Origin: Thermoplasmata archaeon
GTDB lineage: Archaea; Thermoplasmatota; Thermoplasmata; Lutacidiplasmatales; UBA184
Length of the DNA: 64,000 nucleotides
Reading direction: 5' to 3'
Assembly: GCA_035504395.1 (NCBI GenBank)
Contig: DATJRX010000050.1
Span: 11,926 to 75,925, forward strand
Shown: positions 46,450 to 55,128 of the stretch, piece after piece
Position numbering within the stretch: position 1 is the first letter of the stretch
How the letters are laid out: every line of letters starts with the position of its first letter
Position numbers and translations under genes: made by a program
Notes under the pieces: generated by a model
What the model was told of the DNA's origin: nothing
The model's input: the letters and a program-made list of their open reading frames with translations, nothing else
Databases searched by the model: none

Positions 46450-47649
46450 ATGAGGCTGTGGGTCTACGTCGTCCGCCGGTGCATGCTGCTCATCCCGGTC
46501 CTGATCGGGGTGATGACGATCACCTTCGCTCTGGTGACCGCGCTCCCCGTGTCGGAACGCCTCGAGGTGGCGTTCGGAGCGAACCCGAAGGTTCCGTACA
46601 CCCCCACGGTCCCCTGCGCGAAGCTCGGGATCGACAAGCCGGGCGAGTGCTCGAACCCCTTCTACACGAACGGACTCCGACTGCTCGGGCTGAACCACCC
46701 GATCCCCGTGCAGTGGGCGGTCTACATGTACGACACGTTCACGTTACGATGGGGATACGTCGGGAACGGGTCGGGCCTCGCCTCCGCGGTCCCGCTCGTC
46801 CGCGGGATCCCCGTCACGACGGCGATCGGCTGGTTCCTGCCCTACACGCTGGAGCTCGCCGCGCTCTCGCTGCTGATGATCATCCCCCTCTCCATCAGCC
46901 TCGGCTACCTCTCCGCCGCGAATCGGAACCGGCCGGTCGACCAGCTCTCCCGGATCCTGTCGTTCTCGGGGTACGCGTTACCGTCGTTCCTCTTAGGCGG
47001 CGTCCTGTTGTTCGTCTTCGTCTTCCTCATCGGGGGTCCGCAGGGGATCTCGCCGACCTGCCACTCGGCCTCGGCGTACTTCGATCTGTTCGGTTCGTGG
47101 CCGCCGATCCAGTGCTGGCCCGGCGGGCTCTACCCGACGTGGCTGCAGGCCGGGCAGGTGAGCTCGCCGACCGGGTTCCCGACGATCGACGCGATGATCC
47201 ACGGGCAGTGGTTCCTCGCGGTCGACACGCTCTTCCGCATGATCCTCCCGGCGTTCGTCATCGCGTACGGCACGATCGCGGGACTGCTGCGGTTCGTCCG
47301 CAACAACATGCTCGAGGTGATGAACCTCGACTTCGTGCGGACCGCCCGCGCGAAGGGCCTGCCCGAGAAGACGGTCGTGAAGCGCCACGTCGGGCGCAAC
47401 TCCGTCAACGTGACGGTCACGGTGTTCGGCCTCACCTTCGCGGGATTCATCGGCGGATTCCCGATCATCGAGTCGGTCTTTGGTCTCAACGGCGTCGGCC
47501 GGTTGCTGGCCTACTCGGTCAGCCTGACCCCCCTCGACTTCGGGATGATCTTCGGGAGCACGATCCTGTTCACGATCATCGTCGTCCTCGCGAACCTCAC
47601 CTGCGACATCCTCTACGCCGTCCTCGATCCCCGGGTCCGGCTGGGCTGA
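46450..47649 (+). CDS. ABC transporter permease, DppB/OppB (peptide/nickel) type
   Basis: The N-terminal YVVRRCMLLIPVLIGVMTITFAL is typical. The EAA-loop region is DFVRTARAKGLPEKTVVKRHVGRNS. There is an enlarged extracytoplasmic loop. Confidence 0.85.
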   Translation: MRLWVYVVRRCMLLIPVLIGVMTITFALVTALPVSERLEVAFGANPKVPYTPTVPCAKLGIDKPGECSNPFYTNGLRLLGLNHPIPVQWAVYMYDTFTLRWGYVGNGSGLASAVPLVRGIPVTTAIGWFLPYTLELAALSLLMIIPLSISLGYLSAANRNRPVDQLSRILSFSGYALPSFLLGGVLLFVFVFLIGGPQGISPTCHSASAYFDLFGSWPPIQCWPGGLYPTWLQAGQVSSPTGFPTIDAMIHGQWFLAVDTLFRMILPAFVIAYGTIAGLLRFVRNNMLEVMNLDFVRTARAKGLPEKTVVKRHVGRNSVNVTVTVFGLTFAGFIGGFPIIESVFGLNGVGRLLAYSVSLTPLDFGMIFGSTILFTIIVVLANLTCDILYAVLDPRVRLG

Positions 47650-47861
47650 GCCGACCGCGGCCGGGGACACCGGCCCGTCGAGGCGCGGGCGAGGGTTGGA
47701 CGGCCTGCCGCCCCCGTCCCGTCCGCGGCCGGGAACGGAGCCGGACCAACAAAGCCTTTTATCGGGGGTCGCACTCGGAACCCTGAATGCGTCGCTCGAC
47801 GATCGAGGGGTAGTCCGCCTCGGGCCACCCGTCTCCGATATTTTTCGCTCGTTCGCTCCCT

Positions 47862-48407
47862 ATGGACGTCCTCGACGCGATCCGCTCGTACCGCCCGTGC
47901 GCCCAGTTCCAGTCGCGCCCGGTCCCTCCCGAGAAGCTGAAAACGGTCCTCGCCGCCGCCCGGCTCGCCCCGAGCCAGCGCAACCTGCAGCCGTGGCGGT
48001 TCGTGGTCGTCCGCGACGACGAGCAGAAGCGCCTGCTCGCCCAGGCGTCGAACCGGGGGAAGCTGATCGCCGAGGCGCCCGCGGTCATCGTCGCGTTCGC
48101 CGTCGAGGAGGACATCCCCGTGACGATCGGGAGCTACATCTCGGCCTACCCCCTCGACGTCGCGGTCGCGGTCGACCACCTCCAGCTCGCGGCGACCTCC
48201 GAGGGGCTCGGGACGCGCTGGCTGATCGAGTTCAACGAGGAGAAGGTCCGTTCGGTGCTGCACGTGCCCGAGGGGATCCACCCGATCGCGGTGATCCCGA
48301 TCGGGTACCCGGCGGATGGCCAGAACGGCGGCGGTGCCGCCGCGGACGACTCGGGGCGGAAGAGCCCGGACGAGATCATCGCCTACGACGAGTACCCCTG
48401 GCGCTAG
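47862..48407 (+). CDS. Nitroreductase family protein
   Basis: AIRSYRPCAQFQSRPVPPEKLKTVLAAARLAPSQRNLQPWRFVVV is the typical nitroreductase N-terminus. Confidence 0.85.
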   Translation: MDVLDAIRSYRPCAQFQSRPVPPEKLKTVLAAARLAPSQRNLQPWRFVVVRDDEQKRLLAQASNRGKLIAEAPAVIVAFAVEEDIPVTIGSYISAYPLDVAVAVDHLQLAATSEGLGTRWLIEFNEEKVRSVLHVPEGIHPIAVIPIGYPADGQNGGGAAADDSGRKSPDEIIAYDEYPWR

Positions 48408-48414
48408 GTCGCGC

Positions 48415-49017
48415 GTGACCGACGTCACGTTCGTCAGCACGAACCCGGGGAAGTCCCGGGAGGTCGAGGCGATCCTCGCCCCGTACGGGATCACGGTGCA
48501 CTGGCGGCGCACGGAGCTGCCGGAGCCGCAGGCCGATCGGCTCGAGGACGTGGTCGCGGCCAAGCTCGACGCGGTGAGGTCCGTGCGCGGGTACGCGATG
48601 GTGGAGGACTCCGGCTTGTTCATCCCGTCGCTGGGGGGGTTTCCGGGGGTCTACTCGGCCCACTTCCTGAAGCTCTGGAAGTTCGGGCCGATCCTCGAGC
48701 TGCTCCGTACGCGCCCGCGAGGGGCGTACTTCCGCAGCGTCGTCGGCCTTCGACGCGGCGCGCAACGCTGGGTGTTCGCCGGGGAGGTGGTCGGCTCGAT
48801 CGCCGACCGGCCGTCCGGGGGCGGCGGCTTCGGCTACGACCCGATCTTCGTGCCGCGCGGCTGGTCGAGGACGTTCGCGGACGGGAGCGATGAGGAGAAG
48901 AACGCGATCTCGCACCGCGCGCGCGCGGTGCGACAGGTCGGCGAGGCGATCGGATCCGCGCCGGTGGAACCGGCGCGCCCCGGGCCCCCGTCGCGGCGCC
49001 CGGTCCGTCGCCGTTAA
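48415..49017 (+). CDS. Non-canonical purine NTP pyrophosphatase (RdgB/HAM1/ITPase family)
   Basis: GTG start at 48415 (VTDVTFVSTNPGKSREV). Motifs are VEDSGLFIPSLGGFPGVYSA, GFGYDPIF and KNAISHRARA. Confidence 0.8.
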   Translation: MTDVTFVSTNPGKSREVEAILAPYGITVHWRRTELPEPQADRLEDVVAAKLDAVRSVRGYAMVEDSGLFIPSLGGFPGVYSAHFLKLWKFGPILELLRTRPRGAYFRSVVGLRRGAQRWVFAGEVVGSIADRPSGGGGFGYDPIFVPRGWSRTFADGSDEEKNAISHRARAVRQVGEAIGSAPVEPARPGPPSRRPVRRR

Positions 49018-49042
49018 TCGCCGGCGGGGGTGTGCGGGGTCG

Positions 49043-50194
49043 ATGCGGGTCGACGCGATCTCCGAGTCCCCGATCCTCGCCCTGATCGACCAGATCTTCC
49101 GGATGCGGCAGCAGGGCCACACGGTCCTCGGGCTCCACATCGGCGAGCCGGACCTCGACACCCCCGCCGGGATCCGGGACGCGGCGTATCGGTCGATGAA
49201 CGCCGGCCAGACGCACTACGTAGCCTCCGCGGGGATGCCCGACCTTCGCGCGGCGATCGCGCAGCGGCTACGGGACCGGCACCAGGTCCCGTGCGGGGCC
49301 GACGACGTGGTGGTGATGACGGCGAAGTTCGCGATCTACGCGACGCTCCTCTCCCTCGTCGGGCCGGGCGACGAGGTGATCCTGCCCAACCCGACGTACC
49401 TGTTCGAGCAGCCGCTCGAGCTCGTGGGCGCCCAGCCGGTCTACGCCCCGCTGAACGCCGACTTCTCGATCGACGCCGCCTCCCTCCGCGATGCGGTCAC
49501 CTCGCGGAGCCGTGCGGTGATCCTCGTGTCCCCGGGGAATCCGACCGGTCGGGTGCTCGCGCGCGACGAGGTGCGCTCCGTGGTCGACCTCGCGCGGGAG
49601 CACCATCTCACGGTCATCAGCGACGAGACGTACGAGTCGCTGATCTACGAGGGGACGCACGTGAGCCCCGCGAGCCTCGCGGACCCCGAGGTCCCGGTCG
49701 TCACGGTCGGGAGCTTCTCGAAGACCTACGCGATGACGGGTTGGAGGGCCGGGTTCGCGGTGGCGCCACCGGCGATTCGGGCCCGCCTCGTCAAGATCGT
49801 CGAGCACACGTTCACCTGTCTGCCGCCGTTCGTTCAGCAGGCGTGCCTCTGGGCCCTCGAGAACGGCCAACCGGACGAAGAGCGGATCCGGGAGGTGTTC
49901 CGGGCCCGACGCGACCATCTCTACGCTCGGCTCCAGAAGGTCCAAGGTCTCTCCACCCACCGCCCGGGGGGCGCGTTCTACATGTTCCCCCGGTACGACC
50001 TCCCGATGCGGTCGATTGACCTGGCAAACGAGCTCCTCCGGGAGGAGGAGGTCGCGGTCGTTCCCGGCGTTGCCTTCGGGCCGGACGGCGAGGGCCATCT
50101 CCGCCTCTCGTACACGTCGCCGATCGAGATGCTCGACGACGGGGTGAGCCGGATCGAGCGGTTCCTGGAGCGCCGCCGCGCTCGGGCCGGGTGA
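49043..50194 (+). CDS. Class I/II pyridoxal-phosphate aminotransferase (aspartate aminotransferase-like)
   Basis: Trimmed to MRVDAISESPILAL. Motifs are LHIGEPDLDTP, SPGNPTG and GSFSKTYAMTGWRAG (PLP lysine). Confidence 0.9.
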   Translation: MRVDAISESPILALIDQIFRMRQQGHTVLGLHIGEPDLDTPAGIRDAAYRSMNAGQTHYVASAGMPDLRAAIAQRLRDRHQVPCGADDVVVMTAKFAIYATLLSLVGPGDEVILPNPTYLFEQPLELVGAQPVYAPLNADFSIDAASLRDAVTSRSRAVILVSPGNPTGRVLARDEVRSVVDLAREHHLTVISDETYESLIYEGTHVSPASLADPEVPVVTVGSFSKTYAMTGWRAGFAVAPPAIRARLVKIVEHTFTCLPPFVQQACLWALENGQPDEERIREVFRARRDHLYARLQKVQGLSTHRPGGAFYMFPRYDLPMRSIDLANELLREEEVAVVPGVAFGPDGEGHLRLSYTSPIEMLDDGVSRIERFLERRRARAG

Positions 50195-50246
50195 CCGCAC
50201 CCAGCCCGGGCGACCGGTTTTAGTATCCCGCGCCGCTCGCCCGCGC

Positions 50247-50906
50247 ATGGCGACCGCTCGCCGCGTGCACGACCTGACGGCCCTCCTCGAGACGCACATG
50301 CCCGTCTGGCCGACCTCGCCGCTCCCGGTGTTCGAGCCGGTCGGGGTCGTCCCCCGGGACGGCTACCTCATCGAACGCGTGAGCTGCCTCTCGCACACCG
50401 GCACCCACCTCGACGCGCCGGCCCACTTCCTCGAGGACGGGGCGACGGTCGACCAGATCCCCCCGGACGATCTGGTCGGGAGCGCGATCGTGCTCGATGT
50501 CCGAGCCGACCTCGACGGTCCGATCATCCCGACGCGCGCGCTCGAGCGGCACTGGCCGAGCGGGTCGTCCCCGTCGATCGCGCTGCTCCGTACCGGGTGG
50601 AGTCGCGACCGGGCCGCGACGAAGCACTACCTCTACGACTTCCCCGGTCTCGACCCGGCGGCAGCCGAATGGCTCGTTGAGCGGCAGGTCAAGGGCGTTG
50701 GGACCGACACGCTCGGGATCGACCCCTACTCGAACCAGAAGTTCGAGGCGCACAAGGTCCTCCTCCGTCGGGGGATCTGGATCCTCGAGGCGCTCGATCA
50801 CCTCGATGAGCTCCGCGAGGGCGTGGAGTACACGCTGGTCGCGGCGCCGATCAAGCTCGCCCACGGGAGCGGCGGGATGGCGCGCGTGTTCGCGATCGAG
50901 GGTTAG
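50247..50906 (+). CDS. Cyclase-family protein (kynurenine formamidase-like metal hydrolase)
   Basis: SHTGTHLDAPAHF matches the HxGTHxDxPxH motif of the putative cyclase family. Length is ~220 aa. Confidence 0.85.
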   Translation: MATARRVHDLTALLETHMPVWPTSPLPVFEPVGVVPRDGYLIERVSCLSHTGTHLDAPAHFLEDGATVDQIPPDDLVGSAIVLDVRADLDGPIIPTRALERHWPSGSSPSIALLRTGWSRDRAATKHYLYDFPGLDPAAAEWLVERQVKGVGTDTLGIDPYSNQKFEAHKVLLRRGIWILEALDHLDELREGVEYTLVAAPIKLAHGSGGMARVFAIEG

Positions 50907-50912
50907 GGCGCC

Positions 50913-51707
50913 GTGCCGCTCGAGTCGGGCCTGAAGGGCGCGCGCGTCCTGGTCACCGCGGCGAGCCAGGGGATCGGCTACGGCGCCGCGCGCGCCTTCC
51001 TCGAGGAGGGGGCCCGGGTCGTCGTGAACTCCGCGCACGAGGGCCGGCTCTCGGCCGCCGTCGCGCGGTTGCAGCCCGCGGGCGAGGTCCACGGGGTCGT
51101 GGCCGACCTCGCCACGCACGAGGGCGTGGACCGGGTGATGGACGGAGCGCTCGACGCGCTCGGCGGGCTCGACACCCTCGTGTACGTCACGGGCTCGCCG
51201 CGTCCCGGGGTCTTCCTCGAGCAGGGATACGACGACTGGGCCCGGGCGGCGGCCCTCCTGGTCGTGAGCCCGGCCTACCTCGCCCGGCGCGCGGCCGACG
51301 CGATGATCGCCGGCGGCGTGCGCGGACGGATGGTGTTCCTGACCTCGCTCGCCATCCGCGAGCCGATCCCGAACCTCGCGCTCTCGAGCGTCTGCCGCGT
51401 CGCGGTCGCGGGGCTCGTGCGGACGCTCGCCCGGGAGCTCGGTCCGAAGGGGATCCGGGTGAACGGCATCCTCCCCGGCTACATCCACACCCCGCGCATC
51501 GACGAGGTCGCCGAGGACGCCGCCCGTCGCCGGGGCATGACCCCGGCCCAGGTGATCGAGGGGATGCAGCGGGACATCCCGCTCGGACGGATCGGCTCCC
51601 CGGAGGAGCTCGCGCGCGCGGTCGTCTTCCTCGGCAGCGAGATGTCGAGCTACGTCAGCGGCGCGATGCTCCCCGTCGACGGCGCGCTCCTCCGATCGAT
51701 CGGGTGA
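50913..51707 (+). CDS. SDR-family oxidoreductase with non-canonical active-site positions
   Basis: VLVTAASQGIGYG is a Rossmann motif. IRVNGILPGYIHTP and GRIGSPEELA are classical-SDR features. Ser and Arg sit where Tyr and Lys of YxxxK are expected (LTS...ALSSVCRVAVAGL). Confidence 0.85.
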   Translation: MPLESGLKGARVLVTAASQGIGYGAARAFLEEGARVVVNSAHEGRLSAAVARLQPAGEVHGVVADLATHEGVDRVMDGALDALGGLDTLVYVTGSPRPGVFLEQGYDDWARAAALLVVSPAYLARRAADAMIAGGVRGRMVFLTSLAIREPIPNLALSSVCRVAVAGLVRTLARELGPKGIRVNGILPGYIHTPRIDEVAEDAARRRGMTPAQVIEGMQRDIPLGRIGSPEELARAVVFLGSEMSSYVSGAMLPVDGALLRSIG

Positions 51708-51713
51708 GCCGTC

Positions 51714-52070
51714 TCAGTCGCGGTCCGGCGCGACGGCCTCGTGGAGGAGCTCCTCGCGCCGCGGGGTGAAGACATCGAGGATCACCACGGGGTGCTTCGG
51801 ATCGGCATGGAGCTCGTGCGGAACGTTGCCCGGCACGACGTACGACGACCCGACCTTCAGCGTCCAGGTCTGGTCCCCCACGCGGAACTCCCCTCCGCCC
51901 TCGAGCACGGTTCCCGACTGCGTGTGGGGATGGGTGTGCATCGGGAACTGGCGGCCCGGTTGGATGCGGTAGAGGACCATCATCACGTCCGGCGCGTGCG
52001 CGAGGATGCGGCGGTGGACACCGGGAAGGACTTCGTGCCAGGCTTCGGGTCGGTCGTTCCAGAGGGGCAT
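51714..52070 (-). CDS. Cupin-domain protein
   Basis: Trimmed to MPLWNDRPEAWHEV. FPMHTHPHTQSGTVLEGGG and VPHELH are the cupin motifs. Confidence 0.8.
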   Translation of the reverse strand: MPLWNDRPEAWHEVLPGVHRRILAHAPDVMMVLYRIQPGRQFPMHTHPHTQSGTVLEGGGEFRVGDQTWTLKVGSSYVVPGNVPHELHADPKHPVVILDVFTPRREELLHEAVAPDRD

Positions 52071-52117
52071 GCGCGGCCCGACACGAGGGGCGTATTTCTC
52101 GGTGGCGCGCGCCGACC

Positions 52118-53257
52118 CTACCCGAGCGCGTGCCGGAGGTCGTCGACCAGGTCGTCTCCGTCCTCGATCCCGACGGAGATTCGGACGAGGCCGTCCGAGA
52201 TCCCCTGCCGTTCGCGCAGCTCGCGCGGGACCGACCGGTGCGTCATCAAGGCCGGGACGTTCACGAGCGACTCGACGCCCCCCAAGCTCTCGGCGAGCGT
52301 GAAGACCCGCAGTCGCCGGACCATCCGACGCACCGCCGGCAATCCGCCCTTCAGCTCGACGGACACCATGCCCCCGTAGTCGTCCATCTGGCGACGCGCG
52401 ATCGCGTGGCCGGGGTGGCTCGCGAGGCCGGGATAGATCGTCCGCCGGACCGACCGGTGTCCGTCGAGGAACGCCGCGATCTTTCGGGCGTTGTGGCAGT
52501 GCGCGCGCACGCGCAGACCGACGGTGTGGATCCCGCGCAGCACGAGGAAGCAGTCGAGGGGGCTCGGGACTCCGCCCTGCGTGTTCTGGTACCAGCGGTA
52601 CTTCTCGAGCAGCGGGCGGGAGCGGAAGACGAGGGCACCCCCGATGAGGTCGCTGTGGCCCCCGAGGTACTTGGTCGTCGAGTGGACGACGACGTCGGCC
52701 CCAAGCTCGATCGGACGCTGGAGCACCGGCGAGGCGAACGTGTTGTCGACGGCGACCCGGGCCCGGTGCGCGCGGGCGATACGGATCGCTCCCTTGAGAT
52801 CGGTGACCTTCAACAGCGGGTTCGTCGGGGTCTCGAGGTACAGCAGATCCGTGCGCGGCCCGGCGCCCAGCGCCCGTTCCACCTGGGAGAGTTCGCTGGT
52901 GTCGACGAACTCGACGTCCACGCCGTGCGAGCGAGCGACCTGAAGGAGCCTCCACGTGCCGGCGTAGAGATCGTCCCCCGCGACGATCCGCCGCCCGGTG
53001 GGATACGCCATCAAAAGCGCGGAGGTCGCCGCGAGGCCGGAACCGAAGGCGAGCGCGCCGGCGCCCCCTTCCAGCCGGCCGAGCGCACGTTCAAGGGCGG
53101 CCCGCGTCGGATTGCCCGTGCGGGAGTAGACGAACCCCTTGGCCCGTCCCGGGGCGAGCTGGGCGTACGTCGACGTCTGGTAGACCGGCACGTTGACCGC
53201 GCCCGTGAGCGGGTCGGGCGCCTGCCCGTCGTGGATCGCCCGGGTGTCCCAGCGCAT
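52118..53257 (-). CDS. Cys/Met-metabolism PLP enzyme (cystathionine gamma-synthase / gamma-lyase / beta-lyase family)
   Basis: Trimmed to MRWDTRAIHDGQAPDPLTGAVNVPVYQTSTY. YSRTGNPT and STTKYLGGHSDLIGG (PLP lysine) are present. The ATG at 53281 is an alternative start. Confidence 0.9.
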   Translation of the reverse strand: MRWDTRAIHDGQAPDPLTGAVNVPVYQTSTYAQLAPGRAKGFVYSRTGNPTRAALERALGRLEGGAGALAFGSGLAATSALLMAYPTGRRIVAGDDLYAGTWRLLQVARSHGVDVEFVDTSELSQVERALGAGPRTDLLYLETPTNPLLKVTDLKGAIRIARAHRARVAVDNTFASPVLQRPIELGADVVVHSTTKYLGGHSDLIGGALVFRSRPLLEKYRWYQNTQGGVPSPLDCFLVLRGIHTVGLRVRAHCHNARKIAAFLDGHRSVRRTIYPGLASHPGHAIARRQMDDYGGMVSVELKGGLPAVRRMVRRLRVFTLAESLGGVESLVNVPALMTHRSVPRELRERQGISDGLVRISVGIEDGDDLVDDLRHALG

Positions 53258-53326
53258 CCCGGCGGCCACGCGCCCGCCCATGAAGAAGTCGACGCCGTGG
53301 ACCGGCCCGCACCTGGGGTTCCGGAT

Positions 53327-53338
53327 GATATTAATATC
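53327..53338. promoter_or_regulatory. Perfect 12-nt AT palindrome in a divergent promoter region
   Basis: GATATTAATATC equals its own reverse complement. It lies between the PLP Cys/Met enzyme gene and the APC permease gene. Confidence 0.35.
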
Positions 53339-53401
53339 CCAAGCCAGTTCGCGTGCTAACCCCTCGCTCGGCCACGCGGGGGAACATGCGGGGACGGGAA
53401 C

Positions 53402-55072
53402 GTGGCACCAGCGTTGAACACCGAGTCTTCGACCGTGGTGAACGTGCCCGCGGCGGCGGTCGCCCGCGAGGCGAGCGGGAAGGACGTCTACGTCCGCCAG
53501 TCGAGCGGACTCGTTCGCACCGTGGGGGCCCGCACCGCCCTCTTCGCGAACCTGGTCGCGATGGGGATCATCGTGAACTACTTCTGGATCGTCTTCGCCT
53601 CGACGGGGTACCCGAACGCGAACCTCGTCACGACCGTCGGGATCGGGGTCCTGATCAACGTCGGGGTCGGCTACGTCTACTGGATGCTCTCGAGCGCGAT
53701 GCCGCGGAGCGGCGGCGACTATGTCTTCATGGGGCGCATCTTCCACCCGAGCATCGGACTCGGCACGAACCTGATCTTCACGGTCGTGTTCATCTCGTGG
53801 GCCGGACTCTTCGCGTGGTACATCTCGGCCGACGGCATCCCGATGATGCTCGCGGCCTACTCGGTCGCGGGCGGGGGCTCGCAGGCGCTGGCGTGGGCGA
53901 GCTGGTTCACCGCTTCGAACGCGAACATCTTCATGGTCGGATCGATCGTCCTCGTCCTCGTCATCCTCGTGAGCCTGCTCCCGACCAAGTGGGTCTTCCG
54001 GACCACGGTCGGGATCTTCGTCGTGACCGCCGTGATCTACGTGATCATGCTCGCGCTCCTGCTCGCGACGCCGCAGTCGACGTTCGCGGCGCACTGGAAC
54101 GCGGCGAACCCCGCGTCGCAGAGCTACCAGGCGATCGCCTCGGGCGCCGCCAGCGCGACCACGATCACGCTCAGCGGGACCTTCCTCGGCGTGGTCTACA
54201 CGATGCTGAGCTTCATCGGCTACGCGAACAGCTCGTACTTTGCGGGGGAGGTCCGGGGCAATCCCACGCGGACCCAGGGGCTCGCGATCTTCGGCGCCCC
54301 GATCATCTTCGCCGCGCTGATCGGCGCGCTGTACGCCGCGACGTACTACACGTTCGGGCGGAACTTCATCATCGGCGTCAGCGCGGGGTACCTGTACCCG
54401 GGCACCTACGGGGTCTCGGTCAGCCTGCCGGCGCTGCCGTCCCCGCTGTTCCTCGCGGCGTACCTCGTGAGCAACCCCACCCTGGCGGCATTCCTCGCCT
54501 TCGGGCTCACGCTGACGTTCTTCGGGTTTTCGTTCATCTACTTCATCATCCCGACCCGGAACCTGTTCGCGTGGTCGTTCGACCGAGTGCTCCCGTCGTT
54601 CTTCGCCCGGGTCTCATCGAGCGGCGTGCCGTACGTCGCAGTGTTGACGCTCGGCGTGGGGGCCTTCATCTCGCTGTGGGTCGCCACGTACACTACGCTG
54701 TTCACCTACCTCAACTACTCGAACTTCGGATTCTGGTTGGCGGTGGGCATCGTCTGCCTCGGCGGCGCGCTGTTCCCGTTCCTCCGGCCCCAGCTGTTCG
54801 CCCAGGCGCCGCGGATCGTCCGGGCGAAGATCGGACCCGTGCCAATCCTGACGATCGTCGGGATCGCGTCGTGGGCGGGAGCGTGGTTCGTGAGCTACGC
54901 GGCGTCGACGATCCAGTACCTCGGGATCACCGGGTCGTACCCGTACGCCTACCTGATCTTCCTTCCAATCGTCTTCGTAGTCGGGATCGTGGGCTACTTC
55001 GTCTCCTACGCGATCCAGCGGCGCCGGGGCGTCCCGGTCGACCTCATCGCGAAGGAGCTCCCCCCCGATTGA
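53402..55072 (+). CDS. APC-superfamily amino acid/polyamine permease
   Basis: 556 aa with about 12-14 TM segments. The early segment is GLVRTVGARTALFANLVAMGIIVNYFW. The start is GTG. Confidence 0.85.
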   Translation: MAPALNTESSTVVNVPAAAVAREASGKDVYVRQSSGLVRTVGARTALFANLVAMGIIVNYFWIVFASTGYPNANLVTTVGIGVLINVGVGYVYWMLSSAMPRSGGDYVFMGRIFHPSIGLGTNLIFTVVFISWAGLFAWYISADGIPMMLAAYSVAGGGSQALAWASWFTASNANIFMVGSIVLVLVILVSLLPTKWVFRTTVGIFVVTAVIYVIMLALLLATPQSTFAAHWNAANPASQSYQAIASGAASATTITLSGTFLGVVYTMLSFIGYANSSYFAGEVRGNPTRTQGLAIFGAPIIFAALIGALYAATYYTFGRNFIIGVSAGYLYPGTYGVSVSLPALPSPLFLAAYLVSNPTLAAFLAFGLTLTFFGFSFIYFIIPTRNLFAWSFDRVLPSFFARVSSSGVPYVAVLTLGVGAFISLWVATYTTLFTYLNYSNFGFWLAVGIVCLGGALFPFLRPQLFAQAPRIVRAKIGPVPILTIVGIASWAGAWFVSYAASTIQYLGITGSYPYAYLIFLPIVFVVGIVGYFVSYAIQRRRGVPVDLIAKELPPD

Positions 55073-55128
55073 CCCGTGGCCGGCGCCTCGCGGCCGGACC
55101 CTTTTGAGGCGGCACGGCTCCCCCCGCC

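Noticed and set aside
47837-47845. GATATTTTT as a TATA box for the nitroreductase gene
   Set aside because: It ends only 17 nt before the ATG at 47862. A transcription start ~25 nt downstream would therefore fall inside the coding region, so I did not report it as a promoter.
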